From NCBI GenBank assembly GCA_963785725.1, contig CAWAWS010000033.1, positions 160,001-224,000 of the forward strand: DNA of 64,000 nt. The letters are read 5' to 3'. Positions 43,819 through 52,159 of the stretch are shown one piece after another. This stretch comes from an uncultured delta proteobacterium (GTDB lineage Bacteria; Myxococcota_A; Polyangia; Palsa-1104). A program made the translations under genes and the position numbers. The stretch's first letter is position 1. Each line of letters opens with the position of its first letter. Under the pieces are notes generated by a model. It did no database searches. It saw only the letters and a list, made by a program, of their open reading frames with translations, and had not been told where the DNA came from.

Positions 43819-44380
43819 CGGCGCTCTCGAAATCGCTGCGTAGCTTGGCAAAGATGAGCGTATCGGAATATTCGCCGTCTTCGATCATATCCTGGCGCAA
43901 TATCCCGTCGAGGCGATAGCCGAGCCGCTTGGGGATATTGGCGGAGCGCGCATTCGTCGACGAGCAGCGGATCTCGACACGATTGAATCCCAACGTAAAA
44001 CAGGCCGATTCGAGGCAGGCGACGGCTTCGCTCATATAACCTTGGCCCTCGAAATCGCCGAGTATCCAATAGCCGAGCTCGCAGCGATTGTGCGGCCAAG
44101 CGATGCTATGGACGCCTACATTGCCGAGATAATTGCCGTCCGCGCGGCGGAAGATGCTGAAGTCGAACGTCTCCGCCGCGCTCCAGCGTTCGCGCGACAG
44201 CTCGATGTAGGCGCGCTCGTCGGCGACAGTCTTGGTTTCGTCGACCCACGGCAAGAAGCGGCGCAGGCGCGCGCGATCGCGATTGACGTACGAAAACATC
44301 AGCGCCGCGTCGGTCATCGAATGACGTCTCAACAGCACTGCTGTGCCTTCGAGCTGCTCGGGTAAGGTCCGCTTGCCCAT
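43787..44380 (-). CDS. GNAT N-acetyltransferase, RimJ/RimL type
   Basis: LRRFLPW, CELGYW...GQGYMSEAV, NRVEIRC..TNARS..IPKRLGY..DGILRQ. Confidence 0.92.
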   Translation of the reverse strand: MGKRTLPEQLEGTAVLLRRHSMTDAALMFSYVNRDRARLRRFLPWVDETKTVADERAYIELSRERWSAAETFDFSIFRRADGNYLGNVGVHSIAWPHNRCELGYWILGDFEGQGYMSEAVACLESACFTLGFNRVEIRCSSTNARSANIPKRLGYRLDGILRQDMIEDGEYSDTLIFAKLRSDFESAATAPPKPRAR

Positions 44381-44594
44381 TGCTGCACCGTCCTCAGCAT
44401 AATGAATTCGCGGCACTAAATCGATACCGGCGCCGATTTCGCGTGGGACGACGAGATCCCGATCACTCCGAATGGCTCCATCTCGTCTGCAATATCGAAA
44501 CGATTGCCGAGTGACGACGATTTCACGAGCTGCGGGCGCAGTGCATGAGCTTTCCGGGCTTCGAGCGCTCAGTCGTGATGACCGACGCGCGATA

Positions 44595-45176
44595 TCAGCG
44601 ACGGCAGGTCAGGTGAAAGCCGGGTGTGCCACCGCCGCTGTCGAGATGGCCGCAGTAGCTGAGGCAGCGGGTGCCTTTGGCGAAGCAGTCGCATTCGCGG
44701 GCAACGCCGGCGACGGGAGCGCACGCGGCCGGCAGCGCCTTGCACGTGTAATCGGTCGGTAATTCGAAGACGTCGCTGAGGACGATTTCGCAATAGTCGC
44801 GGCTGGCGTCACAATAGTGCGCGCCGCACGGAATGAAGCCGCGCGGCGGTGGCGCGCGGCAGCTGCCTTGCACGTCGAGGTCGACGCCGGCGCGATGAGC
44901 GGCGCATTCGTTGCCGTAGCTTTGTCGATCGCAGCCGCAAACGGGCGCTTCGTCCGCGGCGCAGCTGATTTCCGCTTTGCGACAAATGCCGGGCTTCTTG
45001 CCTTTGCCGCATAAGGCCGGTTTGAATGCGCAGTATTCGTCGGCGGCGCAGGCGGAGCGGTCGCGACAAGCGCGGTCGGCGTGCGGATGGCAGCCGGCGG
45101 CAGCGAGGATGACGAGCGCGAATGACGCGGCGGCGCGGAATTCGCCGAGCGCGCGCGGGCTCCGCTTACGAAGCAT
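44595..45176 (-). CDS. Cys-rich lipoprotein with a Kazal-like domain
   Basis: AAGC lipobox; APVCGCDRQSYGNECAAHRAGV. Confidence 0.8.
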   Translation of the reverse strand: MLRKRSPRALGEFRAAASFALVILAAAGCHPHADRACRDRSACAADEYCAFKPALCGKGKKPGICRKAEISCAADEAPVCGCDRQSYGNECAAHRAGVDLDVQGSCRAPPPRGFIPCGAHYCDASRDYCEIVLSDVFELPTDYTCKALPAACAPVAGVARECDCFAKGTRCLSYCGHLDSGGGTPGFHLTCRR

Positions 45177-45182
45177 CCGTCC

Positions 45183-46472
45183 TCATTCGCGACGGCGACG
45201 ACGAAGCTGCACGCGCCAGGCGCCGGCGAGCGCCAAGAACGCGAGCGCGAGGCAGGCCAACGATGGCGCGCCGCCGCCGCTGCCGAGCATTTGGCAGCTG
45301 CAGCCGTGTGCGACGACGACCGGCGCGCCGCTGCCGGGCACGCCGGCATCGGCGCCGACCGCGCCGCCGCCGCCGCTGCCGCCGACGCCCAAATCTGCGT
45401 TGCCGGGCATTGCGTCGCCGAGCCAGGGCGCGACGCAGAGGTTCGTCGTCTTCTTGCAGCCGCACTCGCTCGGGCAGCCGCTGCCGCACGTGCCCGCGGC
45501 TTTTACGCCGGCATAATTACCCGATTGAAATGCTTTAAGGTCGCTAGTTTCGTCCGCGCCTTGCGCGGCGGCGGCGGCGATCGCGCAATGTGCGGTGGCG
45601 ATGGCGTCGATATCCGATTCGAGAGCGGTATATCCGGCATCGCCGGCGCCATCGGGCGTGCCGTTGGCGACATTGGCCGCTTGCATCGTCGGCAATTGCG
45701 ATTGACCGGCGCCGAGGCTCAGATAGGCGATGACATACTCGGTGCGGCGAACATCGGGATTATTGCCGTTGTTGGCGACGTTATCCCAGCTCATGCCGTC
45801 CTTTTGGACGTAGCCGAATATGCGGCTATAGCCGGTAAAACCCATATTCGGTAGATCGAAGATCATATCGAACATCGGGACGCGCGGATCGGCGCTATCG
45901 CCGCCCGGATAAAAGCGCGCCTTTTGCGCCATCGAGGCAGCGGTCAAGTTGGCGTCATTGTCTTCGATGCCGAGCGCGGCCATGACGCGCCAATCCATCG
46001 AGTTGGGAAAGGCGCTGACGTGGTCGGCCCAAAAGTCGGTGGGCCAACCGCCGGAGACTTGGCCGGTCCAGTCGTTGATGGTTTCGTGCAGTGAGAGTAA
46101 GTAGCCCCAGAAGCCATCGACGCCGTAAGCGTTGCCGTAAAAGGCGTCGCCGGAGACGGTGACGCCGAGGCCGCAGCACTCGCTGCCGGTGTGCGCGCCA
46201 CCGGTCTGCGGACCGGCTTCGAAGGTATAGACGCCGGCTGCGGGAACGTCGAAGAGCATGACGAGCTCTTTGATGACGTTGTCGCCGTAAGCAAAGTATG
46301 CGGACGGAAAGGTTCCGTACTGCGAGATAATGCCGTTATCGACACACCAAACAGTGGTCTTCGAGGCGTAGACCTGGGTTTCGGTCGCGCTGCAGGCCTC
46401 GACGCGAGAGGCAGCGCCGCAGAGGATTGCCGACGCGACGGCGACGGCGAACATCGTTTGCGTTCGGTTCAT
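45183..46472 (-). CDS. Exported protein with MYXO-CTERM sorting signal
   Basis: Signal peptide; C-terminal HGCSC + Gly linker + hydrophobic helix + RRRRR; ATG 46472 after GAGGTG. Confidence 0.85.
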   Translation of the reverse strand: MNRTQTMFAVAVASAILCGAASRVEACSATETQVYASKTTVWCVDNGIISQYGTFPSAYFAYGDNVIKELVMLFDVPAAGVYTFEAGPQTGGAHTGSECCGLGVTVSGDAFYGNAYGVDGFWGYLLSLHETINDWTGQVSGGWPTDFWADHVSAFPNSMDWRVMAALGIEDNDANLTAASMAQKARFYPGGDSADPRVPMFDMIFDLPNMGFTGYSRIFGYVQKDGMSWDNVANNGNNPDVRRTEYVIAYLSLGAGQSQLPTMQAANVANGTPDGAGDAGYTALESDIDAIATAHCAIAAAAAQGADETSDLKAFQSGNYAGVKAAGTCGSGCPSECGCKKTTNLCVAPWLGDAMPGNADLGVGGSGGGGAVGADAGVPGSGAPVVVAHGCSCQMLGSGGGAPSLACLALAFLALAGAWRVQLRRRRRE

Positions 46473-47096
46473 GGTCACCTCGTTTCAAGTCGCTCTTATC
46501 AATACGACTAAGTAGGTTCGGCGTGACGAATAATGCGCATTGTTGCGGTTCAATCGAGGTAGGCGCCCGACTGACATAGGTCGCTTAGCGCACCTCGTTT
46601 CGAGGTGTCGTGCCTACCTTTGGTCTTGGCACGATGTTCATTAGAGCAGACGTCGTGCCGCGCGCGAGGCCGACTCGGCAGTTTAATTGCGAACACGTCA
46701 TTCGTTTTCAATTCGCGACGAGGAGGCGAGCGCGATCGCGTTTCGACCGTCGCGGCGTGCGTCGCCCGAGGAGGTGAAGGGCTGGGATCGGACGCCCCGA
46801 TTGTCTCCTACGCGAGTCGAAAACCTGTGTGCGCCTATACGTAAATCGCACGGGTTAGGTCGGAGTTTGGACGGCCGGCTTATTGCATTTCGTGCCTGGT
46901 TTGGCAGCAACGCATCTTTGGCTTCGGTCGCGATCAGGGCTGTCCTTCTGGGACCGTGGCGAGCTATCGCGCGTGCGGGATGTTGGGAGCACCGAGGCGC
47001 TGGTTTATCGGCCGGCGACCACGGAGTGACGACGCAGACTGTGCGCGCAATAGGTTTGCCGACGCGATGAATAAGGACACCGCTAACGGAGGATGG

Positions 47097-48224
47097 ATGT
47101 CGAGAGGATATCGGTACGTCGTTGCGATGGCATTGGTGGCGGTGGCGTGCAGCGGCAATAAGGGCAATATGAATGGCGGCAATGGCGGCGGTAGCGGTGT
47201 CGCCGGCGGCAGCGGTGTTGCCGGCGGTAGCGGTGTTGCCGGCGGCAATGCGGGCGGCGGCGGCGCGAGCGGTGGGGCCGACCTCGCGCTGACGAGCGGC
47301 GGCGCCGACCTCGCGCAGGGCGCGCATGACGCCGGCAGCGGCAACGACGCGGGCAGCTGCGTCATGCCGTCGAGCGGGACGCGCACGGCGCCGCCGTTCG
47401 GCACGTCGACGGTCACGACGACCGGCCTCTTGGTTCGCGTCATGAACAACTGCTCGTTCCCGCTTTGGATTCACGGGCAGGGCAATGATGGCGGTACGGG
47501 CACGAATACGCTGGCGCCGGACAACAAAGAGCTATTGCAAGGTCAGGAGCAGGATTACGACGCCAAGACGGCGTTCGGCTCGGCGCGGGTTACGGCGTAT
47601 AAGACGGGACCGCTTCAGGATGAAGCGCAGTTCGTGGAAATGAATTATGCGAATGGGCAGCTCGGTTACAACGTGTCTTATGTCGACTATCTGGGATTGC
47701 CGGTGGAAGTGACGGCGAGCTGCGGGACGACTGCTTGTTACGCGCCGTTGGCGACGATCCTCGACGGCTGCCCGAGTAATTTGCAGGCGACCGACCGCTG
47801 CGTTTCGCCCGACGATTGGTGCAACGATCCGACGAACGCGATGACCGATTATTGCAAAGCGCTCGATACGACGGCGCAGCAGGCGCTGCAGTTGCCGCAG
47901 TGCCAGAGCGATTTGGCGACGTGGCGGGCGAACGGGAACGCGACGGCCGCTATCGGGACGACGCCGAGCGTGTACGCGTGCAAGGATTTCTGGGCGTCGA
48001 GCTCGTATTGCTGCGCAGTCGTCAATCGCGGGGTCGTGGCGTCGAAGACGCCGACGGACGCGTGCGGGTTCTATCAGACGCCGCCGTACAATACGTATTC
48101 GAAGTGGGTGCACGAGAAGTGCCCGATGATCTACTCGTTCCCGTATGACGACGCGGCGGGACAGAGCGGATATCATCAGTGCAATACGAACGAGCTGCGG
48201 ATTACTTGGTGCCCCGGCGGCTGA
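47097..48224 (+). CDS. Thaumatin-like / GH64-like putative beta-1,3-glucanase lipoprotein
   Basis: AVAC lipobox, Gly-rich linker, VMNNCSFPLW, YNVSYVDYLGLPV, YSKWVHEKCP..YSFPYDD, ITWCP; GGAGG RBS. Confidence 0.8.
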   Translation: MSRGYRYVVAMALVAVACSGNKGNMNGGNGGGSGVAGGSGVAGGSGVAGGNAGGGGASGGADLALTSGGADLAQGAHDAGSGNDAGSCVMPSSGTRTAPPFGTSTVTTTGLLVRVMNNCSFPLWIHGQGNDGGTGTNTLAPDNKELLQGQEQDYDAKTAFGSARVTAYKTGPLQDEAQFVEMNYANGQLGYNVSYVDYLGLPVEVTASCGTTACYAPLATILDGCPSNLQATDRCVSPDDWCNDPTNAMTDYCKALDTTAQQALQLPQCQSDLATWRANGNATAAIGTTPSVYACKDFWASSSYCCAVVNRGVVASKTPTDACGFYQTPPYNTYSKWVHEKCPMIYSFPYDDAAGQSGYHQCNTNELRITWCPGG

Positions 48225-48294
48225 CGGTCGGCGTGCAGACGGCAGGAGCCGGCTATCATCACCAAACGAGGCAGGACACGGCCTTCGGCTTTCA

Positions 48295-48445
48295 GCTCAG
48301 TGATATTTCTATCACCTCCGGCTCAGTGATATTTCCATCACCTTCGGCTCAGTGATATTTCCATCACCTTCGGCTCAGTGATATTTCTATCACCTTCGGC
48401 TCAGTGATATTTCTATCACCTTCGGCTCAGTGATATTTCTATCAC
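48295..48445. repeat. Tandem array of six 26-bp units with palindromic core
   Basis: GCTCAGTGATATTTC(T/C)ATCACCT(T/C)CG starting at 48295, 48321, 48347, 48373, 48399 and 48425 (last one partial). Confidence 0.97.
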
Positions 48446-48780
48446 TCTCAATTCGGTGGTTGCGATGGTCGCGTCACGCTGGAGCGAATGCTCGGACCTC
48501 GAGCGTGCCAGCATTGCCAGTCCTTGGCTCGCTCGGGGTGGCAGCAAGCGGCGAGGTGCTGAGCGAGCGCACCGGTGCGAACGGGGGCAGTGACCGTCGA
48601 CCGCGTCGGCGCCGTGTGCGCCATCCCGATTCGCGAGCCCTAGCATTACAATTGTCGTTCGTTCACGCGATGGAGTCGACGTCCGAGCTCGCCGCGATGA
48701 CGGTGCTTACGTCACGCCAGCGCAACCGTACAGCGACCTTTTGCATCGCATCATGAGCACGCAACAGGAGGAGATCGTCA

Positions 48781-49149
48781 ATGCCAAGCCGAGAGCGAGT
48801 CCAAGCATTCATCGACCGAATGGAGCGCGGCGAGCACTACGCGCTGATGACCGAGTTTTACGCGCAAGACGCGACCGCGCAGGAGAACAACGAGCCGCCG
48901 CGCGTCGGTCTCGCCGCGATGATGGAGAACGAGCGCAAAGCAAACGAGCGGCTCAAGTTCCTCAGCACGCGCGCAGCGTCGGTCCTCGTCGACGGCGATC
49001 GGGTCGCGATCAACTGGATCTTCGATATTGTCGCCGCCGAGCATTCGTTCCAAATGGACGAGATCGCTTACCAGGAGTGGCGCGGCGACAAGATCCTCCA
49101 CGAGCGCTACTTCTACGACCCGGCCCAAAGACGGCCGAAAGCGAAGTAA
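48781..49149 (+). CDS. SnoaL-like / NTF2-family protein
   Basis: FYAQDATAQEN, VDGDRVAINW.F, DEIAYQEWRGDKILHERYFYDP; GGAGGAG RBS. Confidence 0.9.
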   Translation: MPSRERVQAFIDRMERGEHYALMTEFYAQDATAQENNEPPRVGLAAMMENERKANERLKFLSTRAASVLVDGDRVAINWIFDIVAAEHSFQMDEIAYQEWRGDKILHERYFYDPAQRRPKAK

Positions 49150-49160
49150 CCCATCGACGG

Positions 49161-49314
49161 CTGTCGCCATCAACTCGCGTCGCTCGGCACAATCCTTTGC
49201 GATTGCCGCCATCAGCTCGCGTCGCGCTGGCATGAGCCTGACGACTGTCGCCATCAGCTCACGGCGCGCTCGACGCGATCCTTGCCGATTGTCGCCGTCA
49301 GCTGACGTCGCGCT
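49161..49314. repeat. Degenerate ~42-bp tandem repeat, 4 copies
   Basis: (C/T)TGTCGCCATCAGCTCGCGTCGCGC-like core at 49161, 49203, 49245, 49289. Confidence 0.8.
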
Positions 49315-49440
49315 CCGGCGCTGGCTCAATCGCGACGACTCGCATCGCGATTCCGACTGAACATCAATTGGCTCGGGATATTTGTTACTGAGGGAGCTAC
49401 AAGGCGGCTCTTGGTGATAGTTATATCACGAACAAGGCCT

Positions 49441-49485
49441 TCACCGAGCTCGCCGCGATATTTCTATCACCAGCGAGCTCGGTGA
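49441..49485. repeat. REP-like hairpin enclosing a copy of the GATATTTCTATCAC motif
   Basis: Perfect 13-bp arms TCACCGAGCTCGC / GCGAGCTCGGTGA between convergent genes. Confidence 0.75.
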
Positions 49486-49493
49486 TATTTCTA

Positions 49494-51596
49494 TTACCAG
49501 CCGGTGTTGCCGGAGACCTTCGTGAAGAACGAGTCGGGGGCGATGCCCTTGTCGATGGCACCCATCGTCGAGCCGCTGACGGCGACGTTGGTGAAGTTGG
49601 CGCTGCCGCGACTCGCGCCGTCGAGCGCCGCGATACCGTACGTGCCGGCGCCGGTCACGTTGATGTTGCTCAGGTTCACGTCCGAGATCTTGGCGATGTC
49701 GGCGGCGGCGATGATATCGGCCGGCTGCGTCTCGCCCATCGTATACCCCGTACCGTATCCGCGGAACTCGATGCCGGCATACGTCGGGTCGACGATATCG
49801 ACCGTGTCGACCGAGATATCGTTGACGTCGCCTTCACGCATGTAGAACTTGAGCGCGCCGTGCAGCCAAGGCGTCGCCGTGTTCTCGAAGAACATCTCGC
49901 CGCCGGCGCGCAAGAGGAGGATATTCTTGAACGTCGTCAGCGCCGAGCCGAAGGGATAGGGCGAGAACTCGTTGTCGACCAGAATGCCGGGATAGGTGAG
50001 CACGTCTTCGCACGTCAGGTTCTCGAAGTGGTTGTCATTGCCGCCGTAGATACCGAAGCAGTTGGCGCGCCACGGCATCTGCACCGAGACGTTGTGCACG
50101 TAGTTGCCGTGCTCGACGCCCTGATCCTTGTCCGTCGGCGCCGCCGGGTAATGACCGTGCGCGACCCACGCCGTCCATTTGATCGACCACACCGCGACCG
50201 AATCGTCGCCGGTATTGCGCATATGGCAATTCTCGACCGTGGTATTCGTCGTGCCGTTATCGAGGTTGATTCCGTCCGCGTAAGTATTGCGAATACGGCA
50301 GTTACGAATGGTCAACATATCGGTCGGCGTCGGCTGGTTGGCGGGATCGTTACCGACCCAGATACCGGCGACGGTATGCTCGATCCAGACGTTCTCGATG
50401 AGCGAGCCGACGCCCATCGGGCCGGCGAAACCCTTTTGCGGCAGGCCGTCGTTGTTGTTGATGTCGTAACCGGGCGCCGTCGACAACGCCGCTTCGTTGC
50501 GCGCCGTCGAGACGCCGCGGATCGAGAAGTCGCCGAACGTGCACACGACCGCGCCGTCGCAGAAGAACATGGTCTTGGCGCCGTCGAATTCGGTGTACCA
50601 CATGCCGGCGCCGCGAATTTCGTGCCCCGGGTTGTCGAGTCCGACGTTATTCGAGCTGATCTTTTGAATCTTGTAATGACCTTTCGGGAACCATAGTTTC
50701 GGCGTCGATTGAATGGCGCTCAAGATCTTATCGGCATAATCGGTTCCCGCCGGATCGTCGGGCATGATACCGAGCGTCGACGCGTCGACGAAGCCGGCCG
50801 GCATCGTCAACGGCGCCGCAACCTGCTCGAGATCGATGAGATCGATGACGTAGAACGGCGCCGAATCCTGCGCGTCGCGCTGCAGCTTGACCTCGGCGCC
50901 GACGGGGATGCCGTTCGGGAACGAGTCGGGACCGAGGCGAATCTCGTCGAAGAACGTGTGCGGCTGCGCGCCCGGCGCATTCAGCGTATTGGCCGGCACG
51001 TCGAGCAAGCTGCCCTGATACGACCACGAATAATGCGACGTCAGCGCCAAATCCTGCACGCGCGTGCCGTTGATATAGAGGCCGAGCGTCGCGTTGATGC
51101 CGCCGCCCGTCGCCGAGTCGGGGATCGAGAAGCGCACGACGAGCGAGTTCGCCGCGGCCGTCGACGTAAACGCGACATAATCGCCGGTCTTATTGAGCTG
51201 CACCGCTTGGCGGCCGATCGCTTCGGCCTCGATATGCGTCGCGTCCCACTTCGTGCGATTGGGGCCGATCGTCGTGGCGTTCGTCTTGGCGTCTTCCGCC
51301 TGCAGCTCGATCCACGGCTCGTCCATGCCGCGGCCGGCGAATAGGTCGCCGCCGCCGCCGGCCGTGCCCGTGCCGCCGGCGGTGCCCGTGCCGCCGCCGT
51401 TGCCGGTGCCACCGCCGTTGCCGGTGCCACCGCCGTTGCCGCCGCCGTTGCCACTGCCGCCGCCGTTGCTGCCGCTGCCGCCGCCGCCGCTGACTTCGAC
51501 CTTCGTGGGCTGGCAAGCCGCCGCCGCGCCACAGCACAACACGAGCAGGCCCGCCCGGAGAGCTCGAACGAACGGATCGCGTTTCTCGATTCGCAT
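49494..51596 (-). CDS. GH87-like alpha-1,3-glucanase (mycodextranase/mutanase-like) lipoprotein
   Basis: AAAC lipobox, Gly-rich linker, QAED, ANSLVVRFSIPD, HTFFDE, IDLIDLE, GAGMWYT, NVWIEH, RNTYADGIN, RNTGDD. Confidence 0.85.
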   Translation of the reverse strand: MRIEKRDPFVRALRAGLLVLCCGAAAACQPTKVEVSGGGGSGSNGGGSGNGGGNGGGTGNGGGTGNGGGTGTAGGTGTAGGGGDLFAGRGMDEPWIELQAEDAKTNATTIGPNRTKWDATHIEAEAIGRQAVQLNKTGDYVAFTSTAAANSLVVRFSIPDSATGGGINATLGLYINGTRVQDLALTSHYSWSYQGSLLDVPANTLNAPGAQPHTFFDEIRLGPDSFPNGIPVGAEVKLQRDAQDSAPFYVIDLIDLEQVAAPLTMPAGFVDASTLGIMPDDPAGTDYADKILSAIQSTPKLWFPKGHYKIQKISSNNVGLDNPGHEIRGAGMWYTEFDGAKTMFFCDGAVVCTFGDFSIRGVSTARNEAALSTAPGYDINNNDGLPQKGFAGPMGVGSLIENVWIEHTVAGIWVGNDPANQPTPTDMLTIRNCRIRNTYADGINLDNGTTNTTVENCHMRNTGDDSVAVWSIKWTAWVAHGHYPAAPTDKDQGVEHGNYVHNVSVQMPWRANCFGIYGGNDNHFENLTCEDVLTYPGILVDNEFSPYPFGSALTTFKNILLLRAGGEMFFENTATPWLHGALKFYMREGDVNDISVDTVDIVDPTYAGIEFRGYGTGYTMGETQPADIIAAADIAKISDVNLSNINVTGAGTYGIAALDGASRGSANFTNVAVSGSTMGAIDKGIAPDSFFTKVSGNTGW

Positions 51597-52159
51597 TGGA
51601 ATTTCCCTCTTCAATCGGCGGCGTGTGCCGCGTTCGAATGGAAGAGGTCGCGACGCGACCGACCGTCGCATTATTTCTGTACGTTCTCCGAGACAGCAGC
51701 TAAGCGCCCACAAGCACGGCGTATTCTGACGCGCGGGCGGCGACGGCGGGCGCGGCGCGAGCGACTGCCGCCTCAGCTCGCCGGCAATTCATTTAATGGT
51801 GAGCTCCGCGAGCGCCGTCGCGCCCAGCGCGTCAGGCGCGAGTGGGTCGGCGATCGAGGCGCCAGCGCGCTTGGACGCTGACGCGCTCGAATCCGCGATG
51901 GCGATGACAACGCACCGCGCGAGCCGCCGATCGATTCACAGCGCTAAGGCCACTTGCCCACGCACTGACCGGTCGCATCTTCCGCAAACGCAATAACGCA
52001 CAACAAATTGATTTTCTTATACTAATTACCAACACCTCCGGTCGCCGAAACTAAAATGCGACGGTACGCCGAGTGTCGCCCTCTGGTTTACGAGGGCCCA
52101 GTCGGCCTTCGGTTCGCGAGGCCCGCGCCGCGGATTCTTGTCCCATACGGAGGCGACCG

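Noticed and set aside
48295..48445. CRISPR array
   Set aside because: Units are contiguous with no unique spacers, and no cas genes are in the window.
48300..48445. tetO or lambda operator identity (TCAGTGATA, TATCACC half-sites)
   Set aside because: Only half-sites match; spacing and symmetry differ, and there is no vector or phage context.
49161..49314. Degenerate mini-CRISPR
   Set aside because: Variable parts are only 17-19 nt and resemble each other; the repeats are too degenerate.
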